From the NCBI GenBank assembly GCA_905479705.1, contig CAJQNP010000170.1, positions 1-39,740 on the forward strand: a DNA stretch of 39,740 nt, read 5' to 3'. Positions within the stretch are counted from its first letter, which is position 1; every line of letters begins with the position of its first letter. The stretch is from an uncultured Gammaproteobacteria bacterium. Lineage in GTDB: Bacteria > Pseudomonadota > Gammaproteobacteria > UBA9214. The translations under genes and the position numbers were made by a program. A model generated the notes under the pieces. The model had not been told where the DNA came from and made no database searches. It worked only from the letters and a program-made list of their open reading frames with translations. Shown piece after piece: positions 29,613-39,740 of the stretch.

Positions 29613-29647
29613 CTGCCCGGCATGAATAAGCCGGGCAGTTTGTTTCT
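29613..29647 (+). terminator. terminator-like hairpin between pilQ and aroK
   Basis: Perfect 9-bp stem CTGCCCGGC / GCCGGGCAG, loop ATGAATAA and tail TTTGTTTCT. The loop contains the aroK ATG (29622). Confidence 0.5.
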
Positions 29648-30134
29648 GACGGGACCCATGGGTGCCGGAAAGTCCACCATCGGGCGCCAGCTGGCCAAGC
29701 AGCTGGGGATGCCCTTCTACGACAGCGACCACGAAATCGAATCGCGCACCGGGGTCGACATACCACTGATCTTCGAACTCGAGGGTGAGGCCGGCTTCCG
29801 CAAGCGCGAGGCCGCCATCATTGACGAACTGACGGCCCTGCCTGATATCGTGCTTGCCACGGGTGGCGGCGCCATCCTTGACCCGCAGAACCGCGAACAC
29901 CTGAAGTCACGCGGCCGCGTGATATACCTGCACGCCACGGTCGACCAGCAACTGCGGCGTACCCGGAAAGACCGCAACAGACCCCTGCTACAGACCGGGA
30001 ATCCCCGGGCAAAACTGGAAGAACTGCTGGAGATTCGTGACCCGCTGTACCGCGAAACAGCGGGACTGATCGTTGAAACAGACGGCATGCGGGTCCGCGA
30101 TGTCGTCAAAAAGATCCTGCAGCGCATCGGGTAA
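29622..30134 (+). CDS. aroK: shikimate kinase
   Basis: 170 aa. [19 protein letters not shown] aligns with the E. coli AroK N-terminus. Conserved pilQ-aroK-aroB order. Confidence 0.95.
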   Translation: MNKPGSLFLTGPMGAGKSTIGRQLAKQLGMPFYDSDHEIESRTGVDIPLIFELEGEAGFRKREAAIIDELTALPDIVLATGGGAILDPQNREHLKSRGRVIYLHATVDQQLRRTRKDRNRPLLQTGNPRAKLEELLEIRDPLYRETAGLIVETDGMRVRDVVKKILQRIG

Positions 30135-30207
30135 CAGGCACTTTTACTGGCTCTCGGCTATCATAGCCGCAACGGCCGACCCCACCGGCACCTTGCATAA
30201 TCAGCAC

Positions 30208-31284
30208 ATGAAGACACTGACAGTAGACCTTGGCGATCGCAGCTACCCCATTCATATCGGGCAACAACTCCTCGATACCAGCGACCTGCTGACCCGGCAC
30301 ATCCACAGCAAGCAGGTCATGGTTGTCAGCAACGACACGGTTGCACCGCTGTACCTCGACAAGGTCATGCAGGGCCTGTCCGGGTTTGATGTGGCCTCGG
30401 TCATCCTGCCCGATGGCGAGCAATTCAAGACACTGGACACGCTTAACAGCATCTTCACGGCTCTGCTGGAGGCCCGCTACAACCGCGACTGCACCCTGGT
30501 TGCCCTCGGCGGTGGCGTGGTCGGCGACATCAGCGGCTTTGCGGCCGCCAGTTACCAGCGCGGCGTTGCCTTTCTGCAGATTCCGACCACCCTGCTGGCA
30601 CAGGTCGATTCCTCGGTAGGTGGCAAGACCGGCGTCAACCATGCGCTCGGCAAGAACATGATCGGCGCCTTTCACCAGCCGGGCTGTGTCGTTATCGATA
30701 CCGACACCCTGGATACCCTGGATGACAGGCAACTCTCGGCCGGTCTCGCGGAGGTCATCAAGTACGGCCTGATCCGTGACGCCGGCTTCTTCGACTGGCT
30801 GGAGGCCAACATGGCTGCACTGATGGCGCGCGACAAGCAGGCACTGGCCTATGCCATCGAACGCTCCTGTGCCATCAAGGCGGAGATCGTCGCCGCCGAT
30901 GAACGCGAGAGCGGGCAGCGCGCCCTGCTCAACCTCGGGCATACCTTCGGACACGCGATCGAGACCGGCACCGGCTACGGTAACTGGCTGCACGGTGAGG
31001 CCGTCGCGACCGGCATGCTGATGGCCGCCGACCTGTCTGCACGACACGGCTGGGTGGACAGTGATACGGTGCAACGCACCGAGCAACTGCTGCTGCAGGC
31101 AAAACTGCCAACCACGGCACCCGGCGAGATGGATGAATCCCGTTTCATGGAACTCATGGCCATCGATAAAAAGGTCATTGATGGCAGCTTGCGGCTGGTA
31201 TTGCTGAAGGCCCTCGGTGATGCCATGGTCACCGGCGATTTCAAGGCCGAACTGCTCGGCGAAACCCTGCGCTCGGCAGCCTGA
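30208..31284 (+). CDS. aroB: 3-dehydroquinate synthase
   Basis: 358 aa from [18 protein letters not shown] (ATG 30208; the track ORF starts at 30073 inside aroK). DHQS motifs [21 protein letters not shown] and [11 protein letters not shown]. Confidence 0.93.
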   Translation: MKTLTVDLGDRSYPIHIGQQLLDTSDLLTRHIHSKQVMVVSNDTVAPLYLDKVMQGLSGFDVASVILPDGEQFKTLDTLNSIFTALLEARYNRDCTLVALGGGVVGDISGFAAASYQRGVAFLQIPTTLLAQVDSSVGGKTGVNHALGKNMIGAFHQPGCVVIDTDTLDTLDDRQLSAGLAEVIKYGLIRDAGFFDWLEANMAALMARDKQALAYAIERSCAIKAEIVAADERESGQRALLNLGHTFGHAIETGTGYGNWLHGEAVATGMLMAADLSARHGWVDSDTVQRTEQLLLQAKLPTTAPGEMDESRFMELMAIDKKVIDGSLRLVLLKALGDAMVTGDFKAELLGETLRSAA

Positions 31285-31288
31285 CAGC

Positions 31289-32461
31289 ATGAGCACACAG
31301 GCGACAATCGAACACGGCAGCGCGCTTGCCCCCTATGCCGCCCACCCGAACGCGACCCGCGGCCGGCAACATGACGAACCGGCCCCGGCCTATCGCAGCG
31401 AGTACCAGCGCGACCGCGACCGCATCATCCATTCGGCCGCGTTTCGCCGTCTCGAGTACAAGACACAGGTATTCGTCAATCACGAGGGCGACCTGTTTCG
31501 AACCCGCCTCACCCACTCCATCGAGGTTGCACAGGTTGCACGCTCGATCGCCCGCGCACTGCGCCTCAACGAGGATCTCACCGAGGGCATCGCGCTGGCG
31601 CACGATCTCGGGCACACACCATTCGGACATGCCGGACAGGATGCCCTGAATGCCTGTATGAAGTCATGGGGTGGCTTTGAACACAATCTGCAGTCACTGC
31701 GGGTCATCGACGAACTCGAGGAACGCTATGCCGAGTTTCCCGGCCTGAACCTCACCTTTGAAACCCGCGAGGGCATCCTCAAGCACTGCTCGCTGAAGAA
31801 TGCCGGCACCCTGGGCGAGCTCGGCCGGCGCTTCATCGACAAGCTGCAACCCTCACTGGAGGCACAGCTGACCAACCTCGCCGACGAGATTGCCTATAAC
31901 AGTCATGACGTCGATGACGGCCTGCGCTCGGGACTGATCGATGTCGAGGCCCTCGCGGACATCGCACTGTTTCGTGAACAGTACGACACCGTGCGTAACA
32001 GCTATCCGGACCTGGCACCACGGCGCACCATTCACGAGGTCGTGCGGCGATTGATCGGTACCCAGGTCGTGGACCTGGTGGAAACCAGCCTGGCAAGACT
32101 GCAGCAGGCAAACCCGAAAGACAGCGACGCGGTGCGCCATCACGGCGAGCCACTGATCAGCTTCAGTGACACCATGCGCGAGAAAAACCTCGAACTGAAG
32201 CGCTTCCTGCGCACCCACCTGTATCGCCACTACCGCGTGCACCGCATGAGCGCCAAGGCCGCAAGGACCATCAGCGCACTGTTTGAGGCCTATATCGATG
32301 ATCCGCGCCTGATGCCGACCGAGGCACAGCAGCAGGTCAGCCAGCTGGAAGCCATTAGCGGCAGGGATGGTCGCGCCCGCGCCGTGGCCGATTACATCGC
32401 CGGCATGACCGACCGCTATGCCATCGCCGAATATGAGCGCACCTTCAACCCGGCGCTGTAG
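31289..32461 (+). CDS. dgt: dGTP triphosphohydrolase-like HD-domain protein
   Basis: 390 aa from [10 protein letters not shown] (ATG 31289, 4 nt after the aroB stop). Motifs [32 protein letters not shown] and [10 protein letters not shown] are typical of the Dgt-like family. Confidence 0.85.
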   Translation: MSTQATIEHGSALAPYAAHPNATRGRQHDEPAPAYRSEYQRDRDRIIHSAAFRRLEYKTQVFVNHEGDLFRTRLTHSIEVAQVARSIARALRLNEDLTEGIALAHDLGHTPFGHAGQDALNACMKSWGGFEHNLQSLRVIDELEERYAEFPGLNLTFETREGILKHCSLKNAGTLGELGRRFIDKLQPSLEAQLTNLADEIAYNSHDVDDGLRSGLIDVEALADIALFREQYDTVRNSYPDLAPRRTIHEVVRRLIGTQVVDLVETSLARLQQANPKDSDAVRHHGEPLISFSDTMREKNLELKRFLRTHLYRHYRVHRMSAKAARTISALFEAYIDDPRLMPTEAQQQVSQLEAISGRDGRARAVADYIAGMTDRYAIAEYERTFNPAL

Positions 32462-32512
32462 GTCGTTACTCCCCCGTCGATTCGTGAACGCATAGCCGGG
32501 CAACCACAAGAC

Positions 32513-32764
32513 ATGCGCATCTACATGCAAATACCGCCCGTGGGTGACAAGGCGCCCCGCTACTACCACCTGCACCTGCAGGAAGACCTGCTGGAAGGCT
32601 GGACGCTGATTCGCGAGTGGGGTTACCAGGGGGCATCCGGCCGCGTCAAGCGCGAGCACTTCGACGACCAGGCAGCGGCGCAGGCGGCCATGATGAAAAT
32701 CCGCGACGAGCAAATCAAGCGCGGCTACCAGGTGGTCTTTATGCAGGCACAACCACTCACGTAA
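32513..32764 (+). CDS. small WGR-domain protein
   Basis: 83 aa. MRIYMQ...RYYHLHLQEDLLEGWTLIREWGYQGASGRVK...IKRGYQVV contains the W-G-R pattern of stand-alone WGR proteins. Confidence 0.7.
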   Translation: MRIYMQIPPVGDKAPRYYHLHLQEDLLEGWTLIREWGYQGASGRVKREHFDDQAAAQAAMMKIRDEQIKRGYQVVFMQAQPLT

Positions 32765-32839
32765 CACGGTCTCCCGTTTATATCTCCCGGCCTGTTTGCA
32801 TATCCCTGAAAGTTAAGGGGAAAAACACCCACCCCCAAA

Positions 32840-32868
32840 TTGAACCAGTGGCAATCCGGCGCTATACT
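32840..32868 (+). promoter_or_regulatory. candidate sigma70 promoter of gltBD (TTGAAC-N17-TATACT)
   Basis: -35 at 32840-32845, a 17-nt spacer, and -10 at 32863-32868. This predicts a leader of about 90 nt before ATG 32965. Confidence 0.4.
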
Positions 32869-32964
32869 GTTCGGCCTTTTGGCTAGCGGTCAAATGCGCA
32901 TGCTGCCGCCAGCCTGAAGACGAAGCGCAATTCCGCAACATGCTGTAATATAAAGGTATTTCCA

Positions 32965-35900
32965 ATGACGACTGGCACGCTGCCTCCAAAACAGGGCCTG
33001 TATGACCCTGCCAACGAACATGACGCCTGTGGCGTCGGATTTGTCGCCAACGTCAAGGGAAGGAAGAGCCACGAAATCGTCCAGCAGGGCCTGCGCATCC
33101 TGGAAAACCTGACCCACCGTGGTGCCGTGGGCGCCGATCCCTGCGCCGGTGACGGCGCCGGGCTGTTAATCCAGCTGCCTGATGATTTTCTGCGTGCCGA
33201 GTGCAGCTCGCTCGGTATCAGCCTGCCGGAGGCCGACAGTTACGCTGTCGGCATGTTGTTCCTGCCACAACCGGATGCAACCCGCTGTCATTGCGAACAG
33301 CTGATTGAACAGACCGTCGCTGAAGAAGGCCAGGGCGTGCTTGGCTGGCGCGACGTGCCGACCAGTAACGACGGTCTCGGTGAGAGCGTCAAGCTGGTCG
33401 AGCCGGTTATTCGCCAGCTGTTTATCAGCCGCGGTGACAACTGCAACACGACCGACGACTTCGAGCGCAAGCTGTTTATCATCCGCAAGCGCGTCGAACA
33501 CGCCATCCGCGAGTCGGGCCTTGAAGGCAGCGAATGTTTCTACGTGCCGTCGCTATCCGCGCGCACGATTTGCTACAAGGGCATGTTGCTGGCCAACCAG
33601 GTCAATACCTACTACCCGGATCTGAATGACGAACGCGTCAGCACCGCACTCGCCCTGGTACACCAGCGTTTCTCGACCAACACCTTCCCGTCCTGGGACC
33701 TTGCACACCCGTTCCGCATGATCGCGCACAATGGCGAGATCAACACCGTGCGCGGCAACATCAACTGGATGAACGCACGCCGCCACTCCATGGCCTCGGA
33801 GCTGTTTAATGATGACCTGGAAAAACTCTGGCCACTGATCGCCGAGGGACAGTCCGACTCCGCCTGCTTTGATAATGCACTGGAACTGCTAGTCACCGGC
33901 GGCTACTCCATGTCCCATGCCATGATGCTGCTGATTCCCGAGGCCTGGGCCGGCAACCCCCTGATGGACGAGAAACGCCGTGCCTTCTACGAATACCACG
34001 CCGCCGTGATGGAACCCTGGGATGGTCCGGCCGCGGTTGCCTTTACCGATGGTCGCCAGATCGGCGCCACCCTCGACCGCAATGGCCTGCGCCCGGCGCG
34101 TTACCTGATCACCAACGATGACCTCGTCGTGATGGCATCGGAAATGGGTGTGCTGGATATCGCCGAGGAGCGCATCATCAAGAAATGGCGCCTGCAGCCC
34201 GGCAAGATGTTTCTTATCGACATGGAGCAGGGCCGCATCATCGACGATGCCGAGCTCAAGGACAGCCTCGCCAACAGCCACCCCTACCAGCAGTGGCTGC
34301 AAAAGACGCAGATCCGTCTTGAGAACCTGCCGGGTGAAATCAGCCCGATGGCGCCGGATACCGGCACCCTGCTCGACCGTCAGCAGGCCTTTGGCTACAC
34401 CCAGGAAGACATCAAGTTCCTGATGACACCAATGGCCGTGACCGGCCAGGAAGCCATCGGCTCCATGGGCGCAGACAACCCGGTTGCCGTGCTCTCCAAC
34501 AAGTCCAAGCCGTTGTCGAACTACTTCAAGCAAAATTTTGCGCAGGTCACCAACCCGCCTATCGATCCGATTCGTGAAGAACTGGTGATGTCGCTGGTCT
34601 CGCTGATCGGTCCGCGTCCGAACCTGCTGGGCCATGCGTCCGCCGGGGAGCACATGCGCCTGGAGGTCAGCCAGCCGATCCTGACCAACACCGATATCGA
34701 ACGCATCCGCCACATTGAAGACCACACCGCGGGTGCCTTCCGCACCAGGACCATTGATATATGCTACCCGGCCAGTGCAGGTGCAGGGGGCATGGAAGCC
34801 GCGCTGACATCGATTTGCCAGCAGGCCGAGAAGGCAGTCGGCGAAGGCTTCAACATTCTGATTCTGTCTGACCGCAGTACCGATGTCGACCACATCGCCA
34901 TTCCTGCACTGCTCGCCACCTCCGCCGTTCACCATCACCTGGTGCGTAGCGGACTGCGTACCGAGTCAGGTCTGGTCATCGAGACCGGCGCGGCCCGCGA
35001 GGTACACCAGTTTGCAACACTCGCCGGTTACGGTGCCGAGGCCATCAATCCCTATCTTGCCTTCGAGACCCTGATCTCGATCCGTGACCAGCTGCCGGAA
35101 AAACTCGACGAGCATGAAATCCAGAAGCGTTATATCAAGGCCGTCGGCAAGGGTCTGTTCAAGGTCATGTCGAAGATGGGCATCTCGACCTACCAGTCCT
35201 ACTGCGGCGCACAGATATTCGACGCCGTGGGCCTGGGCACGGAATTTATCGACCAGTACTTCACCGGCACCGCCACCACCATCGAGGGTATCGGCCTGCA
35301 AGCGGTTGCCGAGGAGACCGTGCGCTGGCACCGCGACGCCTACAGTGATGCACCGATCTACCGCAACAGCCTCGACGTGGGCGGCGACTATGCCTTCCGC
35401 ATGCGTGGTGAGGACCACATGTGGACCCCGGACTCGATTGCCAAGCTGCAACACGCCACGCGTGCCAACGATGCAAAGACCTTCAGGGAATTTGCACAGC
35501 TGGTGAACGATCAGAACAAGCGCCTGCTGAACCTGCGCGGGCTGTTTGAATTCGATTTCTCGAATGACCCGGTCCCGCTGGATGAAGTCGAACCGGCAAA
35601 GGAAATCGTCAAGCGTTTCTCGACCGGCGCCATGTCCTTCGGTTCCATCTCCTACGAGGCACACTCGACACTGGCCGTGGCGATGAATCGTATCGGCGGC
35701 AAGTCCAATACCGGTGAGGGCGGCGAGCAGCCGGAACGTTTCAAGACTCTGGAAAACGGCGACTCGAAACGTTCGGCCATCAAGCAGGTCGCCTCGGGTC
35801 GATTCGGCGTAACCACTGAATACCTGGTCAATTCCGATGTCATCCAGATCAAGATGGCACAGGGCGCCAAGCCGGGTGAAGGCGGGCAGTTGCCGGGTCA

Positions 35901-37605
35901 CAAGGTGGACGCCACCATCGCACAGGTGCGTCACTCGACACCGGGCGTGGGCCTGATCTCACCGCCACCGCATCATGATATCTATTCCATTGAGGACCTG
36001 GCGCAACTCATTCATGACCTGAAAAACGCCAATCCGGAGGCCGACATCAGCGTCAAGCTGGTCGCCGAGGTCGGTGTCGGCACCGTCGCCGCCGGCGTTT
36101 CCAAGGCACACGCCGACCACGTTACCATCGCCGGTTTTGATGGCGGCACGGGTGCCAGCCCGCTGACATCTATCAAGCATGCCGGATCGCCGTGGGAAAT
36201 CGGCCTTGCCGAGACACACCAGACCCTGGTGCTCAACAACCTGCGCAGCCGTATTGCCGTACAGGTTGACGGTGGCATGCGTACCGGCCGCGATGTCGTC
36301 GTCGGCGCCCTGCTCGGTGCAGACGAGTTCGGCTTCGCCACCGCGCCGCTGATCGTCGAGGGTTGCATCATGATGCGCAAGTGTCACCTGAACACCTGCC
36401 CGGTCGGCGTTGCTACCCAGGACCCTGAATTGCGCAAGCGGTTTACCGGCAAGCCGGAGCACGTCGTCAACTATTTCTTCTTTGTCGCCGAGGAGATCCG
36501 CGAACTGATGGCACAGCTCGGTTTCCGCAGCTTTGACGAGATGATCGGCCAGTCGCAGCACCTCAACATGCGCAAGGCAATCGATCACTGGAAGGCACAG
36601 GGCCTGGACTTCAGCCGCATTCTGCACAAGCCGAAGGCCGGTCCGGGCGTGGGCATCTACCACACCGAAACGCAGGACCACGGCCTCGACAAGGCACTCG
36701 ACAATGAACTCATCAAGCTGTCGCAGGCGGCATTGAACGACAAGACCCCGGTCAGGATCGACCTGCCGGTGAAAAACACCAACCGCACGGTCGGCGCCAT
36801 GCTCTCGGGACAGGTTGCGAAACGCTACGGCCACGCCGGCCTGCCGGAAGACACCATCAGCATTACCCTGCGCGGCACTGCCGGGCAGAGTTTTGGCGCG
36901 TTTGTCGCGCACGGCGTCAGCATCGAACTGATCGGCGAAGGCAACGACTATGTCGGCAAGGGCCTGAGTGGCGGGCGCCTGGTCGTTTACCCGCCGCAGC
37001 AGACACCCATCGTTGCCGAGGACAACATCATCGTCGGCAACACCGTGCTGTATGGCGCCATTAGCGGCGAATGCTATTTCCGCGGCGTGGCAGGTGAACG
37101 CTTTGCCGTGCGCAACTCCGGCGCCACGGCCGTTGTCGAGGGTGTCGGGGATCACGGTTGTGAATACATGACCGGCGGTATTGTCGTGGTTCTCGGCGAG
37201 TCCGGTCGCAACTTTGCCGCGGGCATGAGTGGCGGTATCGCCTACGTACTCGACGAACGCGGTGATTTCGAGCAGCGCTGCAATCTCGCCATGGTCGAAC
37301 TGGAACCCGTGGCCGCAGAGGACGAGGCACTGGAACAGCTGGATCACCAGGGCGGCGACCTGGAAACCCACGGTCGCGTCGACGTCAGCCACGACATGAC
37401 TCGCTTCGACGCGCTGCGCCTGTATCAATTAATACAAAAACACGTGCACTACACCGCCAGCGCACGTGGCAAGGAAATACTGGAAAACTGGAATGCGACA
37501 CTACCGAAATTCGTCAAGGTCATGCCGGTTGACTACCGGCGCGCACTGCAGGAAATGCAGGCTACCCAGTCCACCACCGGAGTGGCTGCCAAGGGAGGAC
37601 ACTAG
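32965..37605 (+). CDS. gltB: glutamate synthase large subunit
   Basis: 1546 aa. Amidotransferase catalytic Cys context [16 protein letters not shown]. Central FMN/Fe-S region and C-terminal GXGXG domains throughout. Confidence 0.97.
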   Translation: MTTGTLPPKQGLYDPANEHDACGVGFVANVKGRKSHEIVQQGLRILENLTHRGAVGADPCAGDGAGLLIQLPDDFLRAECSSLGISLPEADSYAVGMLFLPQPDATRCHCEQLIEQTVAEEGQGVLGWRDVPTSNDGLGESVKLVEPVIRQLFISRGDNCNTTDDFERKLFIIRKRVEHAIRESGLEGSECFYVPSLSARTICYKGMLLANQVNTYYPDLNDERVSTALALVHQRFSTNTFPSWDLAHPFRMIAHNGEINTVRGNINWMNARRHSMASELFNDDLEKLWPLIAEGQSDSACFDNALELLVTGGYSMSHAMMLLIPEAWAGNPLMDEKRRAFYEYHAAVMEPWDGPAAVAFTDGRQIGATLDRNGLRPARYLITNDDLVVMASEMGVLDIAEERIIKKWRLQPGKMFLIDMEQGRIIDDAELKDSLANSHPYQQWLQKTQIRLENLPGEISPMAPDTGTLLDRQQAFGYTQEDIKFLMTPMAVTGQEAIGSMGADNPVAVLSNKSKPLSNYFKQNFAQVTNPPIDPIREELVMSLVSLIGPRPNLLGHASAGEHMRLEVSQPILTNTDIERIRHIEDHTAGAFRTRTIDICYPASAGAGGMEAALTSICQQAEKAVGEGFNILILSDRSTDVDHIAIPALLATSAVHHHLVRSGLRTESGLVIETGAAREVHQFATLAGYGAEAINPYLAFETLISIRDQLPEKLDEHEIQKRYIKAVGKGLFKVMSKMGISTYQSYCGAQIFDAVGLGTEFIDQYFTGTATTIEGIGLQAVAEETVRWHRDAYSDAPIYRNSLDVGGDYAFRMRGEDHMWTPDSIAKLQHATRANDAKTFREFAQLVNDQNKRLLNLRGLFEFDFSNDPVPLDEVEPAKEIVKRFSTGAMSFGSISYEAHSTLAVAMNRIGGKSNTGEGGEQPERFKTLENGDSKRSAIKQVASGRFGVTTEYLVNSDVIQIKMAQGAKPGEGGQLPGHKVDATIAQVRHSTPGVGLISPPPHHDIYSIEDLAQLIHDLKNANPEADISVKLVAEVGVGTVAAGVSKAHADHVTIAGFDGGTGASPLTSIKHAGSPWEIGLAETHQTLVLNNLRSRIAVQVDGGMRTGRDVVVGALLGADEFGFATAPLIVEGCIMMRKCHLNTCPVGVATQDPELRKRFTGKPEHVVNYFFFVAEEIRELMAQLGFRSFDEMIGQSQHLNMRKAIDHWKAQGLDFSRILHKPKAGPGVGIYHTETQDHGLDKALDNELIKLSQAALNDKTPVRIDLPVKNTNRTVGAMLSGQVAKRYGHAGLPEDTISITLRGTAGQSFGAFVAHGVSIELIGEGNDYVGKGLSGGRLVVYPPQQTPIVAEDNIIVGNTVLYGAISGECYFRGVAGERFAVRNSGATAVVEGVGDHGCEYMTGGIVVVLGESGRNFAAGMSGGIAYVLDERGDFEQRCNLAMVELEPVAAEDEALEQLDHQGGDLETHGRVDVSHDMTRFDALRLYQLIQKHVHYTASARGKEILENWNATLPKFVKVMPVDYRRALQEMQATQSTTGVAAKGGH

Positions 37606-37607
37606 GC

Positions 37608-39050
37608 ATGGGTAAACCCACCGGATTTATGGAATACGAACGGCTCGAGCGCACCTATGCGCCGGCTGCAGACCGTGTGCAGCACTACAACGAGTTCGTC
37701 ATTGCACTGGACGACGGCGAGCTCAGACAGCAGGGCGCACGCTGCATGGATTGCGGTATTCCCTTCTGTCACCAGGGCTGCCCCGTCAACAATATCATTC
37801 CGGACTGGAACGACCTCGTGTACCAGGGCAACTGGCAGGATGCCCTGCAGGTGCTGCACTCGACCAACAACTTTCCCGAGTTCACGGGCCGTATCTGCCC
37901 GGCCCCCTGCGAGGCGGCGTGCACGCTGAACCTCGACGACAACCCGGTTACCATCAAGACGATCGAGTGCTCGATAGTCGACAAGGGCTGGGAGCAGGGC
38001 TGGATCAAGCCACACATCGCCGAGCACAAGACCGGCAAACGCGTCGCCATTGTCGGCTCGGGACCCGCCGGTATGGCCTGCGCACAGCAACTTGCACGCG
38101 CCGGGCACGACGTCGACCTGTTCGAGAAGAACGACCGTGTCGGCGGTCTGCTGCGTTACGGTATTCCCGATTTCAAGATGGAAAAACACATCATCGACCG
38201 CCGCATAGCGCAGATGCAGACCGAGGGTGTCACCTTTCACACCGGCACCGACATCGGTGGTAACAAGCCGGCAAAAGAGCTGCTCGATGAATTCGATGCC
38301 GTCGTGCTGACCGGCGGATCCGAGCACAGCCGCGACCTGGAGGTTCCGGGACGTGATCTCGACGGCGTGCATTTCGCCATGACCTTCCTGCCACAGCAGA
38401 ACAAGCGCAATGCCGGCGACACGGTCGACCCGTCGCTTGCCATCAGCGCCACAGGGAAAAACGTCATTGTCATCGGTGGCGGCGATACCGGTTCAGACTG
38501 CATCGGCACCTCCTTCCGCCAGGGTGCGCTGTCCGTCACCCAGCTGGAAATCCTGCCGCAACCGCCGGAAAAGGAAAACAAGGCCCTCACCTGGCCAGAC
38601 TGGCCGAACAAGATGCGCACCTCCAGCTCACAGGATGAGGGCGCAGTGCGTGACTGGTCTGTCGCCACCAGGTCTGTCGAGGGCGAGGACGGCAAGGTCA
38701 CCGCGATCAATTGTATACGCCTCGACTGGAAACAGGACGAGTCCGGTCAGTGGCAGATGGAAGAGATTGCTGGCAGCGAATTCCAGCTGAAGGCCGACCT
38801 GGTGCTGCTGGCGATGGGCTTTGTACATCCCGTGCACGAAGGTATGCTGCAGGAACTCGGCGTGGCCCTGGATGCACGCGGTAACGTGCAGGCCGACACC
38901 GGGCAATACCGCACATCGCTGGACAAGGTGTTCTCGGCCGGTGACATGCGCCGTGGCCAGTCACTGGTTGTCTGGGCCATCCGCGAGGGGCGTCAGTGTG
39001 CGCGCGCCGTGGATGAGTATTTGATGGGTTGTTCTGATTTACCCAGATAA
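37608..39050 (+). CDS. gltD: glutamate synthase small subunit (NADPH)
   Basis: 480 aa. Fe-S cysteines [15 protein letters not shown], and dinucleotide motifs [12 protein letters not shown] and [12 protein letters not shown]. Starts 2 nt after the gltB stop. Confidence 0.96.
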   Translation: MGKPTGFMEYERLERTYAPAADRVQHYNEFVIALDDGELRQQGARCMDCGIPFCHQGCPVNNIIPDWNDLVYQGNWQDALQVLHSTNNFPEFTGRICPAPCEAACTLNLDDNPVTIKTIECSIVDKGWEQGWIKPHIAEHKTGKRVAIVGSGPAGMACAQQLARAGHDVDLFEKNDRVGGLLRYGIPDFKMEKHIIDRRIAQMQTEGVTFHTGTDIGGNKPAKELLDEFDAVVLTGGSEHSRDLEVPGRDLDGVHFAMTFLPQQNKRNAGDTVDPSLAISATGKNVIVIGGGDTGSDCIGTSFRQGALSVTQLEILPQPPEKENKALTWPDWPNKMRTSSSQDEGAVRDWSVATRSVEGEDGKVTAINCIRLDWKQDESGQWQMEEIAGSEFQLKADLVLLAMGFVHPVHEGMLQELGVALDARGNVQADTGQYRTSLDKVFSAGDMRRGQSLVVWAIREGRQCARAVDEYLMGCSDLPR

Positions 39051-39107
39051 AACGTTTTCGCCAGACATTCCTTGTTTTGCGCCCTATCGGGCTGACTTCT
39101 TAATCTT

Positions 39108-39690
39108 TAATCGGGTCTCGCCCCGATAGGCGAGATACTTTTTGCGAAGCCCATCCCTGGGCTTCGCCCTTCGGGCCATCCTGTGGATGTCCCAATTCGC
39201 TCCCGGCGAATTGGTCTTGCTTGCCCAAGAGAAAGTATCCAAAGAGAAGTGCACCCGGAGCCCTCATCGGACCTAACTACAAGGCCGCTTCGCAGCCTTG
39301 CCCATGCGTTCCTCGCCCAGCCGGGGGCGCACACAACTCGCGCGCTCGCTCACGCTCACTGCGCTCAAACAGGGTGCGCGCCTGTATCCCGGCCGTGCTG
39401 CGGTACTCGGTGAGGGCTACGGGATTGGGTGATAGTTTGAAGTGTCGAATGGGGTTTTGACGTACAAACCCTTGGCGCAGCCGAGCATCGCAGTAAAGCC
39501 CGGGAGAAGCTCGCGCCCTGTTTGAGCGAATCGAGCGCCAGCGAGATCGCGAGTTGCGCGAGCGCCGGGCTTTACGAGACGCGCAGGGAACCCGCTTTAG
39601 CGGGCAAGCCATCGGGGCCACCTTTCTTTTGGGTACTTTTCTTTGGTGGCCAAAGAAAAGTCCCTCGCCCATCGGGGCGAGACCCGATTA
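39108..39690. repeat. 583-bp composite inverted-repeat element (MITE-like), no coding capacity
   Basis: 27-nt terminal inverted repeats TAATCGGGTCTCGCCCCGATAGGCGAG (39108-39134) and 39664-39690, 1 mismatch. The interior holds two diverged, oppositely oriented copies of a ~200-nt unit and several perfect hairpins. Confidence 0.8.
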
Positions 39691-39740
39691 CAATGAAGAG
39701 CATTCACTGAAGGCGAAACCTGAGACAAATCAAAGAAAAA

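Noticed and set aside
15451-31288. Upstream-extended ORF-track starts for CPXCG (15451), mdh (20905), pilN (25659), pilQ (27429), aroB (30073) and dgt (31217)
   Set aside because: The extensions overlap the preceding gene or lack an SD. Internal starts give the canonical family N-termini, so I used the shorter coordinates.
30106-31296. 396-aa minus-strand ORF
   Set aside because: It lies antisense to aroB, whose motifs are clear on the plus strand.
31853-32767. 304-aa minus-strand ORF
   Set aside because: It lies antisense to the dgt-like and WGR genes and spans their intergenic gap.
33889-38372. Four long minus-strand ORFs (349, 322, 489 and 256 aa)
   Set aside because: All are antisense to gltB and gltD, which are unambiguous. 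This is a GC-rich antisense artefact.
39107-39672. Several 60-131-aa ORFs inside the terminal repeat element (for example 39277-39672 on the minus strand)
   Set aside because: They are R/S/P-rich translations of palindromic repeat DNA. Both strands give mirror-image ORFs, and there is no start context or motif.

Overview
GC-rich (about 60% by eye) chromosomal backbone with gammaproteobacterial, Pseudomonas/Chromatiales-like gene order. I call 35 tightly packed protein genes. I see no rRNA, tRNA, CRISPR, transposase, integrase or phage genes. From 1 to 12.9 kb, 11 of 12 genes are on the minus strand: bioF (partial), bioB, comF (+), ubiA, ubiC, recG, ridA, spoT, rpoZ, gmk, yicC and an AI-2E permease. 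From 13.0 kb, 22 of 23 genes are on the plus strand: rph, rdgB, hemW, a CPXCG zinc-ribbon gene, rof, a Ycf46-like AAA+ ATPase, DUF3135, rpmE, a secreted SNase-type nuclease, an M48 lipoprotein protease, mdh, mrcA (-), pilMNOPQ, aroK, aroB, a dGTPase-like HD protein, a WGR protein, gltB and gltD. Most of this is ordinary housekeeping, and I did not find a convincing new multi-gene system such as a defence island or toxin module. The items most worth a second look are: (1) two perfect tandem DnaA boxes beside an AT-rich island in a 466-nt non-coding gap (17454-17919); (2) a translationally overlapped hemW/CPXCG/rof chain followed by an uncharacterised Ycf46-like AAA+ ATPase; (3) a 583-bp hairpin-dense inverted-repeat element with 27-bp terminal inverted repeats after gltD (39108-39690); (4) two REPIN-type palindromic repeat families; (5) two terminator-like hairpins that hold the next gene's start codon in their loop (rpmE/nuclease and pilQ/aroK). 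All functional calls rest on motif and family recognition from the translated ORFs. No searches were run.
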